DNA of 61,483 nt, the filler included, from Globobulimina sp. (taxonomy: Eukaryota): NCBI GenBank assembly GCA_003354225.1. It is 19 parts of 19 records of this genome, joined end to end, with 100 filler letters (N's around TTAATTAATTAA, not from the genome) between each part and the next. Parts side by side here need not be neighbours in the genome. Positions count along the whole stretch, not along the records: positions 42,144 to 45,284 come from PIVH01003608.1; positions 45,385 to 48,525 come from PIVH01003609.1; positions 48,626 to 51,766 come from PIVH01003610.1; positions 51,867 to 55,006 come from PIVH01003611.1; positions 55,107 to 58,245 come from PIVH01003612.1; 14 more parts are not named here. One strand, written 5' to 3'. A program made the translations under genes and the position numbers. Below the pieces are notes generated by a model. That model was not told where the DNA came from. It saw only the letters and a list, made by a program, of their open reading frames with translations, and did no database searches. Shown one piece after another: positions 42,919 through 55,360 of the stretch. The stretch's first letter is position 1. Each line of letters begins with the position of its first letter.

Positions 42919-44124
42919 GTGGATACAATATCACAAAAAGAATTTAAATTTTTACCGGAAGAATTGAAGAATTTGATATGTTTATTTTACGGAGTTGGTA
43001 TAAATCAAAGACAACTGCTTGAAAATTCGGGCAATAAATATTTTATTGAAATTAACGGAGATGGGAATGCATTGAATGAATCGGAAATATTTATTAAACA
43101 TTGCATGTCGAATGGTTTTATTTATAGACCACAGCCACGATATAATTTATCTCAATCTGTGGTGGATATAATATCATTTAGGACTGGTTGCTTATTGCAT
43201 AAAATAGCAAATCATAAATATTTATGTTTACCGAATATGGATTTGGATAATCATAAACATAAAGATATTAATATTGTTATTGCTAATATGGAATGTAAAT
43301 CTATTTTAAATCTCCAGTATGCTGCAAAAGATATTGATATTATATTTCATACGTTTTGTAACAAAATAGAACGATTAAAATGGGAATATTCCTTTTGTAT
43401 TTGGGTTGACAATATTTCACAAAATAAGCAAAAAACGGATTGTGTTGATGTAAGTATCGGATATTATGATATTAAGCATGAGATAGAGAGTAAAGAGAGA
43501 CAGCAATCTCTATTACAATTGCATGAGGAGATACTATCATTTTTCAAACAGAACCAATTTGAAGTAGTTGCATTGTCGAGCCATTGTTTGGAGATTTTCC
43601 AAGTGAAACTTCAGTGGTTTGAGTTTTGGAAAAACATTCGTTTTGACTCGGAGTTGGTTACATTGTCAATATCTGAAAATAATGCGATATTTCAAACTAA
43701 TAAAGAATTTGGGACATTATCCATACAAAAATGTAAGGAATGGCTGCTAAATTTAATAGCAGATAATGAAGAAATCAGTGATGAATTTATAATGAATAAA
43801 TTTGAAGAAAGAGATAGGAAAATTGTGGATGAAATGGAAACAGATGGAAAAGCAAAAGAGATTAAGTATGAATATGATGAGCAGTTATTTAAGGAATGTA
43901 CATCACCAATTTTAAGCAAGTCAGAGTTTGAGAATTATGCTTCAAATATTGGTGAAATTAATATTCGGAGAATTCGGAGTGTTGGCAAAATAATGGAAAG
44001 GACATTAAATGGATATGGTGTCAGCACTGTGATGGATTTATATCAAAATAAACAACATTTAGGAATTACACATATTAAAGGAATCAATAAAGTTATTCAA
44101 TATGTTGCGAAATTGATTGAGTGA
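42919..44124 (+). CDS. Hypothetical protein with a C-terminal helix-hairpin-helix-like motif (start uncertain)
   Basis: 401-aa ORF; IRRIRSVGKIMERTLNGYGVSTVMDL. Confidence 0.5.
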   Translation: MDTISQKEFKFLPEELKNLICLFYGVGINQRQLLENSGNKYFIEINGDGNALNESEIFIKHCMSNGFIYRPQPRYNLSQSVVDIISFRTGCLLHKIANHKYLCLPNMDLDNHKHKDINIVIANMECKSILNLQYAAKDIDIIFHTFCNKIERLKWEYSFCIWVDNISQNKQKTDCVDVSIGYYDIKHEIESKERQQSLLQLHEEILSFFKQNQFEVVALSSHCLEIFQVKLQWFEFWKNIRFDSELVTLSISENNAIFQTNKEFGTLSIQKCKEWLLNLIADNEEISDEFIMNKFEERDRKIVDEMETDGKAKEIKYEYDEQLFKECTSPILSKSEFENYASNIGEINIRRIRSVGKIMERTLNGYGVSTVMDLYQNKQHLGITHIKGINKVIQYVAKLIE

Positions 44125-44359
44125 CAACTATTTTTTTCAGCAGCGCGCAGATGATATATTCATCGTTTTTGGTGGTGTGGTTTCTGTTATATACTAGCTC
44201 CATAACTAGTTGCTATTAATGTTACAAAATCTTAATTTTGCTGTCAAAAACGTTGTGCTGGGTGCAAGGATAAATTTGCTTTGTATACAATTATTGTGTG
44301 TGACACACAACATATGCTCAAATTACAAGTACAAAATTTGAACAGCCCCTCAAAGTATG

Positions 44360-44938
44360 TCATATATTTCGATGGCGTCCAATATATGCATCGACATTGA
44401 TAAAATAGCTCATTTTCCTGATATTACTTTTCATTATTTTGGCCTCCTCATTTCCATCATCATCATCAGCATAATTAAAATATGTTTTTTTTTCATGGAT
44501 ATAGCTGTTGACAATTACTACAAATTCATGAATGGAATGTTTATAATTTGTATCCATCGAACGAACAAATGCATCGGTAATCTTATTTTCGTTGTTTTGA
44601 AACCAGCCGTCAATAAATGTAAATACTCGATTTAATTTTTTAGTACACGTCTCGGCGATTATTCTTTCCATCTCTAAATTGCCACAATGGCGTAATGCTA
44701 ACAAAAAGCGACAATTGCGTGATATTCTTGCCTGTAATACTCGAATTGTAACAATATCAAAGGGGCTCAATGGAGTTACAATTTGTTTATATATTTCCTT
44801 TATTGCCCACAACAAATACATGTCGTCATCATCTATTTTGGGCTTCTTTTGCATTACTAAATGATAGTGGTTTAATCTATGGATGATTCTGATAACATAC
44901 TGATTGTAAAAATCATCACAAAATGCAGAGGGCTCCAT
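44360..44938 (-). CDS. Hypothetical protein
   Basis: 192-aa ATG-initiated ORF; no family recognised. Confidence 0.5.
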   Translation of the reverse strand: MEPSAFCDDFYNQYVIRIIHRLNHYHLVMQKKPKIDDDDMYLLWAIKEIYKQIVTPLSPFDIVTIRVLQARISRNCRFLLALRHCGNLEMERIIAETCTKKLNRVFTFIDGWFQNNENKITDAFVRSMDTNYKHSIHEFVVIVNSYIHEKKTYFNYADDDDGNEEAKIMKSNIRKMSYFINVDAYIGRHRNI

Positions 44939-44994
44939 TTACAAACAATAAAAAGATTTTTGCTTGGTACGGTCTTATTAATTGCAGCACAAGA

Positions 44995-45284
44995 ATGACA
45001 TGGTCTGCGTTTCTGGTGAGTGACAAAGGTAAAACCTCAATACTATTTCCATTGGTTATCATTATCATAACATTGGTGTATTTCGGATATATAAAAAAAG
45101 CGAAAAAGAAGAAAATAATATGGATTACAGGAAGGTCTGCTGCCGGTAAAACAACGTTGGGTGAAAATTTTAAGACCTTGCCTGATTTTATCCATTTCGA
45201 CGCAGATCAATTTTCAGCCGGTAATGATCCAATAAATGATTCTGGCAAAACTATTGAAAAGAGACATTTAGCAAAAAGATCAAA
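44995..45284 (+). CDS. Membrane-anchored P-loop kinase (gluconate/shikimate kinase-like), 3'-partial
   Basis: TM followed by IIWITGRSAAGKTTLG...FIHFDADQF. Confidence 0.7.
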
Positions 45285-45597
45285 NNNNNNNNNNNNNNNN
45301 NNNNNNNNNNNNNNNNNNNNNNNNNNNNTTAATTAATTAANNNNNNNNNNNNNNNNNNNNNNNNNNNNNNNNNNNNNNNNNNNNAAACATATTCATTATA
45401 TTTTTGGAAAGTAAGGATTTTGGCAAAAAGTTATGTTTCTGCATTTATTTCAATGTCATTCACTGTGGGTATTTAAATTGTTGCATATTGTTCGATGCAG
45501 ATTAAAAATTACTAGGAAAAAGCAGATTAAGTACTTGTCTAATAATTACAGTTTACGATACACAAAAAGCCCAACCCGTGCTATAAAATACTGCTAT

Positions 45598-47136
45598 TTA
45601 ATTTGGCAGTTTTGGCACTGATTTATCCTTTTGATTGTTAGTTGAAGTGATGTTTTGTTTTGATTTATTCCTTGTATCCTTTGACATGGTACGTGTTGAT
45701 TTATCATTTAATACTGATTTGCTCACAAATCCACCGATATTAAACAAACTATTCGATTGTGTTCCTTTTCCTTTGAGTGTTGCCTGTGCTTCTTTTGTTT
45801 TCTTCTCATTACGTTTCGTATTTTGTTTTTTTTTATGTTTATGTTTTTTCTCTTTCATATGTTTATGTGCTTTATTATCCTGCTTCTCATCATTATCATT
45901 ATCTATCTCTATATTCGATGTTTGTAATTCTTCCCTTTCCTCTTTTATATCCTCAATCATATTAACATTGCTATATTGTTGCGGTTGATATTGCATAGTT
46001 TGTAAAGGTTTTGTTGGTCGAACATAATTCCTTTTCAGTTGCTGTGGATTTGGTACTTGGCCCATCGTAACACTCACTGTTCGAGGTAACTCTGTTGGCG
46101 CTCCAAGACCTAAACTCATATTTAGTCCTTTTGATTCATGTCTTCTTCGAATTGATGTCTATATAAAATTATATATTACAGTATATTATGTATATAATAT
46201 GTAATACACATTGTAATACTTAACATGGAGAGATTTAAATAAATCAAGTGAAGGATCATTCATTGTTGTGTTAGTTGCATTATCTAAAGAGACTGCATCG
46301 CGATCCTCAGCCACAGCCACAGCCACATCATCAGCATCAAATGATGATGGCTGCTTTAATGATATTATGGTTGGTCTTCTATTTGGAGATGCCGACACCG
46401 GCACCGGTACCGGTGGGTCTTTATTATTATAATTATTATTATCATTTAGCAGGTAATCATGATGTATGGTAATAACAATCTTATAATATGCCCTGCCATA
46501 CGACCGGCCGGCCAGCACTGGGATATCGCATTGAATATCAAAGGTGACACAATTAGTGAACCACAACTCATTGATATTTAATGAATTTATTTTCTTGGCC
46601 ATTGCTTTTATGCATAAATACCAACAATGATTCCATAATTGCGTCGCTAATAATACACCACCAATGCCACCACCTACAAAGATAAATAATCCATTATATG
46701 CCGAGGATAGATGCTTATCAAGTTCATGCTGCGAAGGTGGTGGCATATCAAATTTATGTTCATACGAATATCCGTCTTCTACGGCATATATTACGACACC
46801 AATTGGTAAGCAGATCCATGGGATTATCCACAGTAATTTCGGCAAAAGCATATACCATAAGACGCATCGATTTAATTTTAATATTTCTGCATTTAATAAA
46901 TCAGATGATATATTATGCGCTTCTGCTATTCTTTGCCAATAAAATTTATTTGATGATGATATAGAAAATGTTCCTGGAGAAAATAGATTCGTTGAAAACA
47001 TATATAATTGAAATACATGCGGATACGATGTTTTACGACACGTTCTTGGATCTGATATCACAGTGTTATTATCATCAACATCATCTGCTTCGATGTCAAC
47101 GCTTGTTGATAAATCACTGTCTTCCCCTGCGTTCAT
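45598..47136 (-). CDS. Hypothetical two-TM membrane protein with a long cytoplasmic tail
   Basis: Intron 46159-46219 joins the 316-aa and 173-aa ORFs in frame (HVK-HQFEEDMNQKGLNMSLG). Confidence 0.65.
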
Positions 47137-47345
47137 TCCCGTTGGGGTAAAAAAAAAGTGGCTTGGTTATATTGATAGTGACGTTTACTTTTACAAACCA
47201 ACAAAAAAAAAGAAAAATAAAATTGAAATCCAATGGATTATTACCATCGATCAAGAAGAAGAAGAAGTTATTACACACAGAATTATACATTAATAAAATA
47301 AATATTAAATAAGTACACCCGCACCGGCCATAGGCAATGCATTAT

Positions 47346-48525
47346 TTACTTGCCTTCATCGGCTTTTTTAACTTGAGTCGACATGTCCCATATTTTATCT
47401 TCCGTATAATCTTTCATTTTATGAAATTCGCGATACAATATTTTTTGTAAAAATGGTTGCGATTTGAGATGTTTCCCTCCTTGATATGGATTTGTTTGAT
47501 AAAGCCGAATATTTTTGATTCTATCCATAGTCCGGATGCATTTACTAAAATTAATCATAAAACCATGTTGCTTAAAATTCGCAATTTGTTTAAATGAATC
47601 ATTGCCATCATCAATAAACACCAAATCTTGTAAAAATAAACCAAAGTAAGGGATTGCCGGCGGCGATGTGGTGCGAAACAATTGTCGAAAATTGCGAAAA
47701 TTACGCGTATTTACAAAGATTTGCTTAAATCCTTCAAATTGATTCAATTGTTTCTCCGGCACTCTCTGCCACGCCGCCTTTAACCGATGGATCGGCGAAG
47801 AATTAAGTGCCCCCAATATCGCACATAAACTATTATAATTCTTCAATTCTTTGAATCTTTCGCCAATCTTAATCACTCTCTTGATAGTTTTCGATCTGTC
47901 TCGAAGCGACTTCTCCGACAATATTTGCAACTGCACAAACACGGTCAGATTATTAAACTGTTGAATCATGGCCAATACGTTGGGCGACTCTGCTTTCTTC
48001 TTCTTCCAAGCCTGTCCAATGCATTCCCGCTGTCCAATGTTACTAAATATTTTATAATCCATCAAAGTAACCGCATCCGCCAAATCCTCCGCGGTCGTAT
48101 TCCTCAATTTATATCCTTTTTTGATAGACACCGCTTCCAAATTCAAAGGTACGCCCGTCTCCGGGTTCAATTTATAAATCTCCGAATTCTCTTTACGTTT
48201 CTGCTCATTTGGCGATTTTAATTTAAATCTCTCATATTCTTTACTCACCATTGAGGCCAACGGCTCTATCCACGGACATTCACTCTGTTTAATCCTGGCC
48301 AACTCGTTCAAGTCCCGAATCCACGAAGTTAGCTCTTTTTGGAGCTCCAAATCGTTCAAATAATCGTCATCCCAATAGGTTTTCATCCAATCTCGTAAAG
48401 ATTTAATCACTTTCAATTGGATACGCTTCTCCACATTCAAGCGGAACTCAGATATCTTACTCTCGTTATTCTTGATATCCAAAGGGATGGGCACATTAAA
48501 TCTGCGCCGCAGGTTCTTGAGCAGA
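47346..48525 (-). CDS. RasGEF (REM + CDC25 domain), 5'-partial
   Basis: IQLKVIKSLRDW, LKNYNSLCAILGALNSSPIHRLKAAW, PAIPYFGLFLQDLVFIDDGN, INFSK. Confidence 0.95.
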
Positions 48526-48625
48526 NNNNNNNNNNNNNNNNNNNNNNNNNNNNNNNNNNNNNNNNNNNNTTAATTAATTAANNNNNNNNNNNNNNNNNNN
48601 NNNNNNNNNNNNNNNNNNNNNNNNN

Positions 48626-51456
48626 TTTAGTAGAAAAGTTCCAATTTATGTGATAGAGGAGCCATCCACATGGGATACCTATGATGTCATCTATAAATCT
48701 TTCAGCACCACAAACGTTTGGACCACATTCAGGTTTGCTATTTAATAACACTTTTTGAACCATTATAGAAATTTTGTATTTTTTTCAGATGTCCACCTGC
48801 TGAATTAATTGGAGACGAAGTAGGCAAATTCATATGGGATGGCAGCGAAGATTGGCCGTTTATTGTATTTGATCCGCAGCATCCAACCCATGGTCCATTT
48901 GTAGAATTGCGGGGATTCCATACGTATATCGACCATGCCTCAAAAACAATATACTGTGAAGGTTGCGGGTTATTCAAATATAACAACAACGGCAGCATAT
49001 TAAATCCAGATGGCATGACAATATCCGATGGCACAGATTTCGACGGTCAAGGCACTGGATGCGGGTTGTCGTGGCCTGGTGTGATCAGAAGAGATGATGT
49101 GATATCGGGTGTGATTTCTCATGCGATAAGAATAGCGTTTTCAAGCTGCGATTTCTTGGATACTACGTATGTCCCTCCGGCAGTTAAAACAGATCAACCG
49201 AAGGGAGTTAGTGCTGGTGACATGATACCCGATATAGAAAAGGTAGAAATGGGTTATCGATTGCGATTGGCTCCAGATACTGATTGTGATGCCAGATTAG
49301 CGCCAATGTATGAAAATGATGGAACATGGTATGCGCCAACGCAGCAACACACAGATTTTGTGCGAATGTTTTGCATCGCGATGCGGGAATATGGTGGTAT
49401 TTTAAGTGACGGTTCTGGCGGTTGTAAGAGCACAATATTTCAGGGCGAAAATGACATCACAGCGAATTGGACACAAGTATTTGGTTCAGATATTGACGAA
49501 GGTACAACCAGTTGGTCTTATTTAATACGTGATTATACTACGCCCGCTGATAATCGATATAGGGACGAGAGATATGGTATTCCTTGGCATAAATTGCAAG
49601 TATTAAACAATAGCATGGCTGGAGAAGTGAATAATTGTTGTTTGAATAGCTCGCAATGCGCCAGCACTCCCTCTCCGACCTATGTTGCTTATATCGATAC
49701 TGAGCCAGGTCCACAGTGTTTGAATGAAAATTGTTGTTTTAAAAATAGAATTATTAACACTTCGTATCCCATAAGGATTTCAGATGATGACTGTGTGGTA
49801 TATAACTGCACGTTTTATGGTGAGTTTATGAAGCATTCTGATATGATATCGATATATAGCAAAAAAGATGGAAGTGCTGCTTTTAATACATTGATTGATT
49901 CAAATTTGTTCTATGTTGGAACTGATATGGATGCGGTTGGTATTAAACATGGAGAGAATACTTATATTTATAATAATTGGTTCAGTGATACAGTATCAAG
50001 TGATTATGCTGCCGTTCGAATGCAACGCTCTTTGAATGCCTATGTGGTGAATAATACGTTTACGGGCAGTGTAGATACGAAAGCTATAAAGTTTGAAGGC
50101 ACATCGATATTAAAGTTAACATCCAATGTGAATACGTACATTCACGGGAATATATTTCATAATGTCGATTATGGTGTTTCCATTGATTATGCCACCAATA
50201 CACAAATAATAAACAATGAGTTTCGCAACATTTCTTCAGATGGAGTTGGATGGAAATATTATGCGGCACCAATCAACCAATCAAATGGCGTTATCATTCA
50301 AGACAATACATTCATAAATCAAGAGCGAGGGATATATGTTGGCTATGATGTTGGTGCGGTAATAATAGACAATAATATTATTACTACCACCACGAGAGCA
50401 GATAATGCAAATGGGATAGAATTCAGTGGTTTCACTAAGAATGCACAAATCTCAAATAATATTATATCGGACATCAAACATAATTGCATCACTATAAATG
50501 TTGGAAATGATGATATGGACATAATTAATAATCAACTATTTGACTGTAAGGATAATTATGGAATTAATATTAACTCTGATAATTATCTAATAAAAGGGAA
50601 TATTATTTATAATGTAGCACAATCATTACCCTCTTCAGGAAGGGCTATTTATGTTAAATCATATGGTACGATCGATGGTAACTTAATATACAATGTGTCG
50701 AGACGTGCTATATCGACCTCTGGTGACTATACATCGATATTAAGCAACGAGATCATCATTGAAAATAATATTATTTACGCAACAGCAGAAGATTCCATTT
50801 ATCTTTATCGCAATTTGTATGCACCACAAAATGTTATTGTTAGATTTAATACGGTGATTAATTCCGCTCTTAATGAGTATGCATTATTTATTGATTCTAA
50901 TTTTATTAAAGCTGATATTTATTGCAATATATTTGTTGCGGCTGCAACTTCGAAACATTTCAGCGACCGATCATTTAATAACGAATATAATAATTTGCTT
51001 TCCTTACTCACAGATATAAGTTCTATTTATTTTATTAATGAGATAAATTATGTTAATCTACATTTACAAACCATATCACCTGCAATAGCATATTGTAATA
51101 ATCTCAATTTTACTCGATTCCCATTACCTGCGCGAGATTATGACACTCAAATAAGACGGCAAGAGGAAGATATTGATGCTGGAGCGGACCAACGATCACC
51201 AATTGTTCCAACATTAAGTCCAACCAATTATCCATCAAAATCGCCAACTGATCCAACATTACAGCCAACTCTTTATCCAATTGCAAGTAGTACAGAAACA
51301 CCAACCTCAGCTCCAACGGATCATACTGGTTCAACAACTGCACCAACTTTTGGTTCAACAACAAATGATACTGCTTATACTGATTATGCGCAGCGGAATT
51401 CTAATGTTTTGACATTTTCACTTTGTTTATTTTTTTCTGTACAATTCATTGGATAA
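48626..51456 (+). CDS. 5'-partial extracellular protein: bacterial-like N-terminal domain + right-handed beta-helix + P/T-rich stalk + hydrophobic (GPI-like) C-terminus
   Basis: Intron 48733-48788; GVIRRDDVISGVISHAIR...PPA.KTD...MGYRLRL...AMREYGGILSD; many I.NN.F/I repeats; HL..ISPAI...D.GA; PTxxPT repeats. Confidence 0.75.
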
Positions 51457-51866
51457 TTTTTTGCTGACATTTTTTACCTCGTAATTCATTAGATAAATTT
51501 TTTTATGTTCTCTTTAATACGTGGTATCACTGATCCTTAGTCATCGTTAAAATAAAATTATTCTCCCATGAGCTTGTTTCAATGGTAATATTACATAACT
51601 GTTTGTCACAATACTACGCAACTAATTGTGTTTATCTGCAAGTTACAATACGCTCCATTCACCGCCAGGTTTTGAAACACTTTTGTATAACGACACTGCA
51701 GACACACAAAGTTGAAGTCCGATCACCAATGAAAATTAGCTCAATAGTTGTGACTGCAGTGATTGANNNNNNNNNNNNNNNNNNNNNNNNNNNNNNNNNN
51801 NNNNNNNNNNTTAATTAATTAANNNNNNNNNNNNNNNNNNNNNNNNNNNNNNNNNNNNNNNNNNNN

Positions 51867-53768
51867 AGTAATCCTAGGAAATGGAGGACTGTTTCAAATT
51901 ATTTAAGAAAACAATTAGATGAAATTAAGACAGATAACCAAAAATTAATAATTGTTTTGGACTGTATCTTGGAAAAAGCGGCGAGAGATTATGATTATGT
52001 GAGTGAATATAATTATTTTTTATTATTCTTGGTATCTCAAAGTGTTTCAAATGTTCCCGATGCTTTAATTGATTTATGTTATAAGAAAATAGTAGCTTGC
52101 AAAGAAGACAATATTTCCGAAATATACTTTGGTTTAATGCTAATGATTGGACATATTTTGAACTCGATGGAATTTATAATTAGGTCACGGATTAATTATA
52201 ATGCATTATTGAATCAAGTATTATTACAGATTGACAATATGAGTGAGATACAGATTGAAGCACAATGTAAATTGTTAAGAATTGCTGGGTTTTCATTGGA
52301 AACACGCTTAGAAGCAAATGATTTAATCTCCAAATGTATTGATTCAATGAAATTAAGTGCAGAAAAATACGACATATCAATACAAATTACAGTTAAAGAA
52401 ATTGAAACGTTTAGAATTCGGAAGTGGTCGTTGTCTATAAAAGAAGCAAACGTTTTACAATCCATATATTATGAATGTAAAGTAAATTTTGATAATATTG
52501 AATTGTTTGATATTTTAAATGTTGATGAGGAAAAATCAACAATATCTGTATCAGAGTTTGCTTTGAATGCTGCATCAAAGGTTGAATCATATATTGTATC
52601 CAAGGATAATATGAAATTATTAATATTGCTCAAATTAAATAATTTGACACAACTTGACTTTATTAGTTTTGCAGCCAAACATGGTTTAAAGTATAGAAAA
52701 AAAGGTGCATCGCCACCTAAACGAATTCATATTTATATGATTGACACAGTGAACGAAGATATTGATTTTAGTAAAATAATACCACTTAAATCGATTACTT
52801 GTACTCCACAGCAATTATCCCGAAGAAGTAGGAAAAAAATTATGTTACATTATAGTGTTTGTAAAAATACAGTTGCAGCAATTTATATTGAATCAAATTA
52901 TGATTCATTACCCCATACATATCTTCATTCGGTGTGCTTTACCGGTTCGAGTGAGCGAGATGGGGAAATATTGAATACAGTGCATGGTCGTTTATCTGTA
53001 AAAGAATTAAAAAAAATTAGGATTCGTTCTAAATACATTTGCAATGTGACAGGATTGCCAGTCAGTATCACTTGGAATTCATTGCGAAATAATGAATGGT
53101 TTGGGAAATACGGGAATATTTTAGGTGTTATGCTGCGAACGCCTGGCAAAGCACAAATTGTTTTTGAGAATGAATCGTCCGCAATTACAGCAATCAATGA
53201 TTGCAATCAAAATCGAAATATTGCAGCCAAACATGGGCAACATGGCTATTGTTATTATTTTCTATACAAAACGAAATGTATAAGAAAGATATGTTCACAG
53301 AAACATTGTTGGAGCTCTCCAGATGAAGTAATCCAAGAAATCGAAGAAAAAACGCATGTAATGGAAAGGGATCAATGTATCATAAAATTTAATAAATGGT
53401 TGAAATATGTTGTTGGTTTAGAAAAGTTACAATGTTTATTTGAAGAAAATGGGTGGAATGATTACACAATGATTGAGTATTTAAATGAAGATACCATTCA
53501 AAAGGAATTAAAAATAAAAGATACAATGCATTGTGAATTATTGCTTGAAAGAATACAACAATTTAAAACATTGTGTAATACATTCAAGGAGATTTTAACA
53601 AAACAACCACTATTAAATCAATATAACAAATTACTCAGAAAACAAGGAATCGTAACTTTAATGGATCTTAAGAATGATATTAAAACAGTACAGAATGGAC
53701 AACAAATATTAAACATTCAAAATGAAACAGAAATCGTTAAGATATTACAACTAATTGAGAGTCTATAA
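51867..53768 (+). CDS. 5'-partial multidomain protein: MIF4G-like + NOT4-like RRM/C3H + SAM-like
   Basis: IEAQCKLLRIAG...ETFRIRKW; WFGKYGNI...AQIVFENESSAITAI...YCYYFL...C...C..KH; KWLKYVVGLEKL...F.ENG. Confidence 0.55.
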   Translation, partial: SNPRKWRTVSNYLRKQLDEIKTDNQKLIIVLDCILEKAARDYDYVSEYNYFLLFLVSQSVSNVPDALIDLCYKKIVACKEDNISEIYFGLMLMIGHILNSMEFIIRSRINYNALLNQVLLQIDNMSEIQIEAQCKLLRIAGFSLETRLEANDLISKCIDSMKLSAEKYDISIQITVKEIETFRIRKWSLSIKEANVLQSIYYECKVNFDNIELFDILNVDEEKSTISVSEFALNAASKVESYIVSKDNMKLLILLKLNNLTQLDFISFAAKHGLKYRKKGASPPKRIHIYMIDTVNEDIDFSKIIPLKSITCTPQQLSRRSRKKIMLHYSVCKNTVAAIYIESNYDSLPHTYLHSVCFTGSSERDGEILNTVHGRLSVKELKKIRIRSKYICNVTGLPVSITWNSLRNNEWFGKYGNILGVMLRTPGKAQIVFENESSAITAINDCNQNRNIAAKHGQHGYCYYFLYKTKCIRKICSQKHCWSSPDEVIQEIEEKTHVMERDQCIIKFNKWLKYVVGLEKLQCLFEENGWNDYTMIEYLNEDTIQKELKIKDTMHCELLLERIQQFKTLCNTFKEILTKQPLLNQYNKLLRKQGIVTLMDLKNDIKTVQNGQQILNIQNETEIVKILQLIESL

Positions 53769-53884
53769 CTGTAAGCGATTTATTGTGTATATGACTTTTT
53801 AGGTTCACACTTCTTTTAATTGTGATTTGTGATTGACCACGTTTTTAACCCACTAAACATACGGTGCAACTTTGAGAAGTAAGC

Positions 53885-54720
53885 ATGGCAGGCATGTTAA
53901 GTTTTGATGAAGATACACCTATAATGGTGTTAAAGTCTGTGTTTAATTGTTTTGACGAGGATGGAAACGGCGTACTTGATAAAGGTATACAAAAAATAAC
54001 TAAAAACGAGATTAATTGTATGTACTCTTTAATATTACAGATGAATTCAACATATTATTATCAGCAATTGGTGTGACAGACATTGTAGCTCGGCAAGCTT
54101 GCCGATTATTAGCAGACAAGGATGGAGATGGTGAAATATCAAAAGCCGAATTTTATGAATGGATAAAAAAAGATAAGATACAAGAAATGATGGCTGATAG
54201 TAATAAATTTCATTTATTATGTGGTGTTTCTGAAATTTTTAAGTCGTTTGATATTGATGGCGATAATACAATTTCATGGCAAGAATTTAAATTTTTTATG
54301 GTTGATAATGAACAGCATTCTATGGACACAGCACAAGCATTATGGGATGAAATTGATGCAAATGGTGACGGAGAGATTACATTCAACGAATATTGGGATT
54401 TTACAAAAAAATGGCAAGGATTTGATCAAAAAAAGGAGAATAAACAAAATGGACTCAATATAGATGAGGTAAAAGAACCTGAACAAGTTGAAGAATATGA
54501 AGAATATCAACCGGAACCATCACCATCAGAACAACAAGAAATGGAGGCAAAAATTGAATATTTATCAATTGAGGAAGCAAAGTTTTTAAAAGGACCAAAC
54601 AGAGAAAAACTATTAAATGATCAAGATTTTGTCACTGTATTTGCGATGACAAAGGACAAATTTGATAACTTAAAAGGATGGAAACAAATCAAACTAAAAA
54701 AAGAGAAAGGGTTGTTTTGA
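53885..54720 (+). CDS. Four-EF-hand protein with a C-terminal villin headpiece
   Basis: DEDGNG, DKDGDG, DIDGDN and DANGDG loops; intron 53985-54040; [35 protein letters not shown]. Confidence 0.9.
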
Positions 54721-55106
54721 AAATATTTCACAACACCTCACAAATGTAATATTTGAATCGACAAACTGTTTGTTGATATATATGTTGCTTTTGGTTTTGC
54801 GTTTTTTTATTTTTTGTTTGTTTGTTTTTGTTTGATAGATAGAAACATTATTTTATGTATAAACTGTAATTAAGGTTGTGAACGGATAATTAAACTATGC
54901 CTATAATATATATATTAAAAATGGTTCTAAAATAGATTGACATTTACGGATAAAAAGTTTTTTCACTTTTAATTTTTGCTCAACTTTGAATTGGTGATCT
55001 ACGCATNNNNNNNNNNNNNNNNNNNNNNNNNNNNNNNNNNNNNNNNNNNNTTAATTAATTAANNNNNNNNNNNNNNNNNNNNNNNNNNNNNNNNNNNNNN
55101 NNNNNN

Positions 55107-55327
55107 ATTATCCTTCCATTTTACACTTTGATGGCCATTGTCCAAAATATTGGATTCAGTCTTTTGCGGAGGGGATTTTAAATAAATTATTCAATCATCT
55201 TCAAAATACTACTAATGGCAAAATTGATGGTGAATATGAACTTGAATTTATAAACTATAATGATACTACATCAACGACATTAAAATACTCTGAATTGTGT
55301 TCTGAATTTACAAATTTGTACTACTGA
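55107..55327 (+). CDS. 5'-partial C-terminus, possibly of a glycosyltransferase
   Basis: Open frame YPSILHFDGHCPK...ELCSEFTNLYY*; P.ILHF.G motif. Confidence 0.35.
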
Positions 55328-55360
55328 AGATCGTAAACTGAGAAAAAAAAAGGTTAACAT

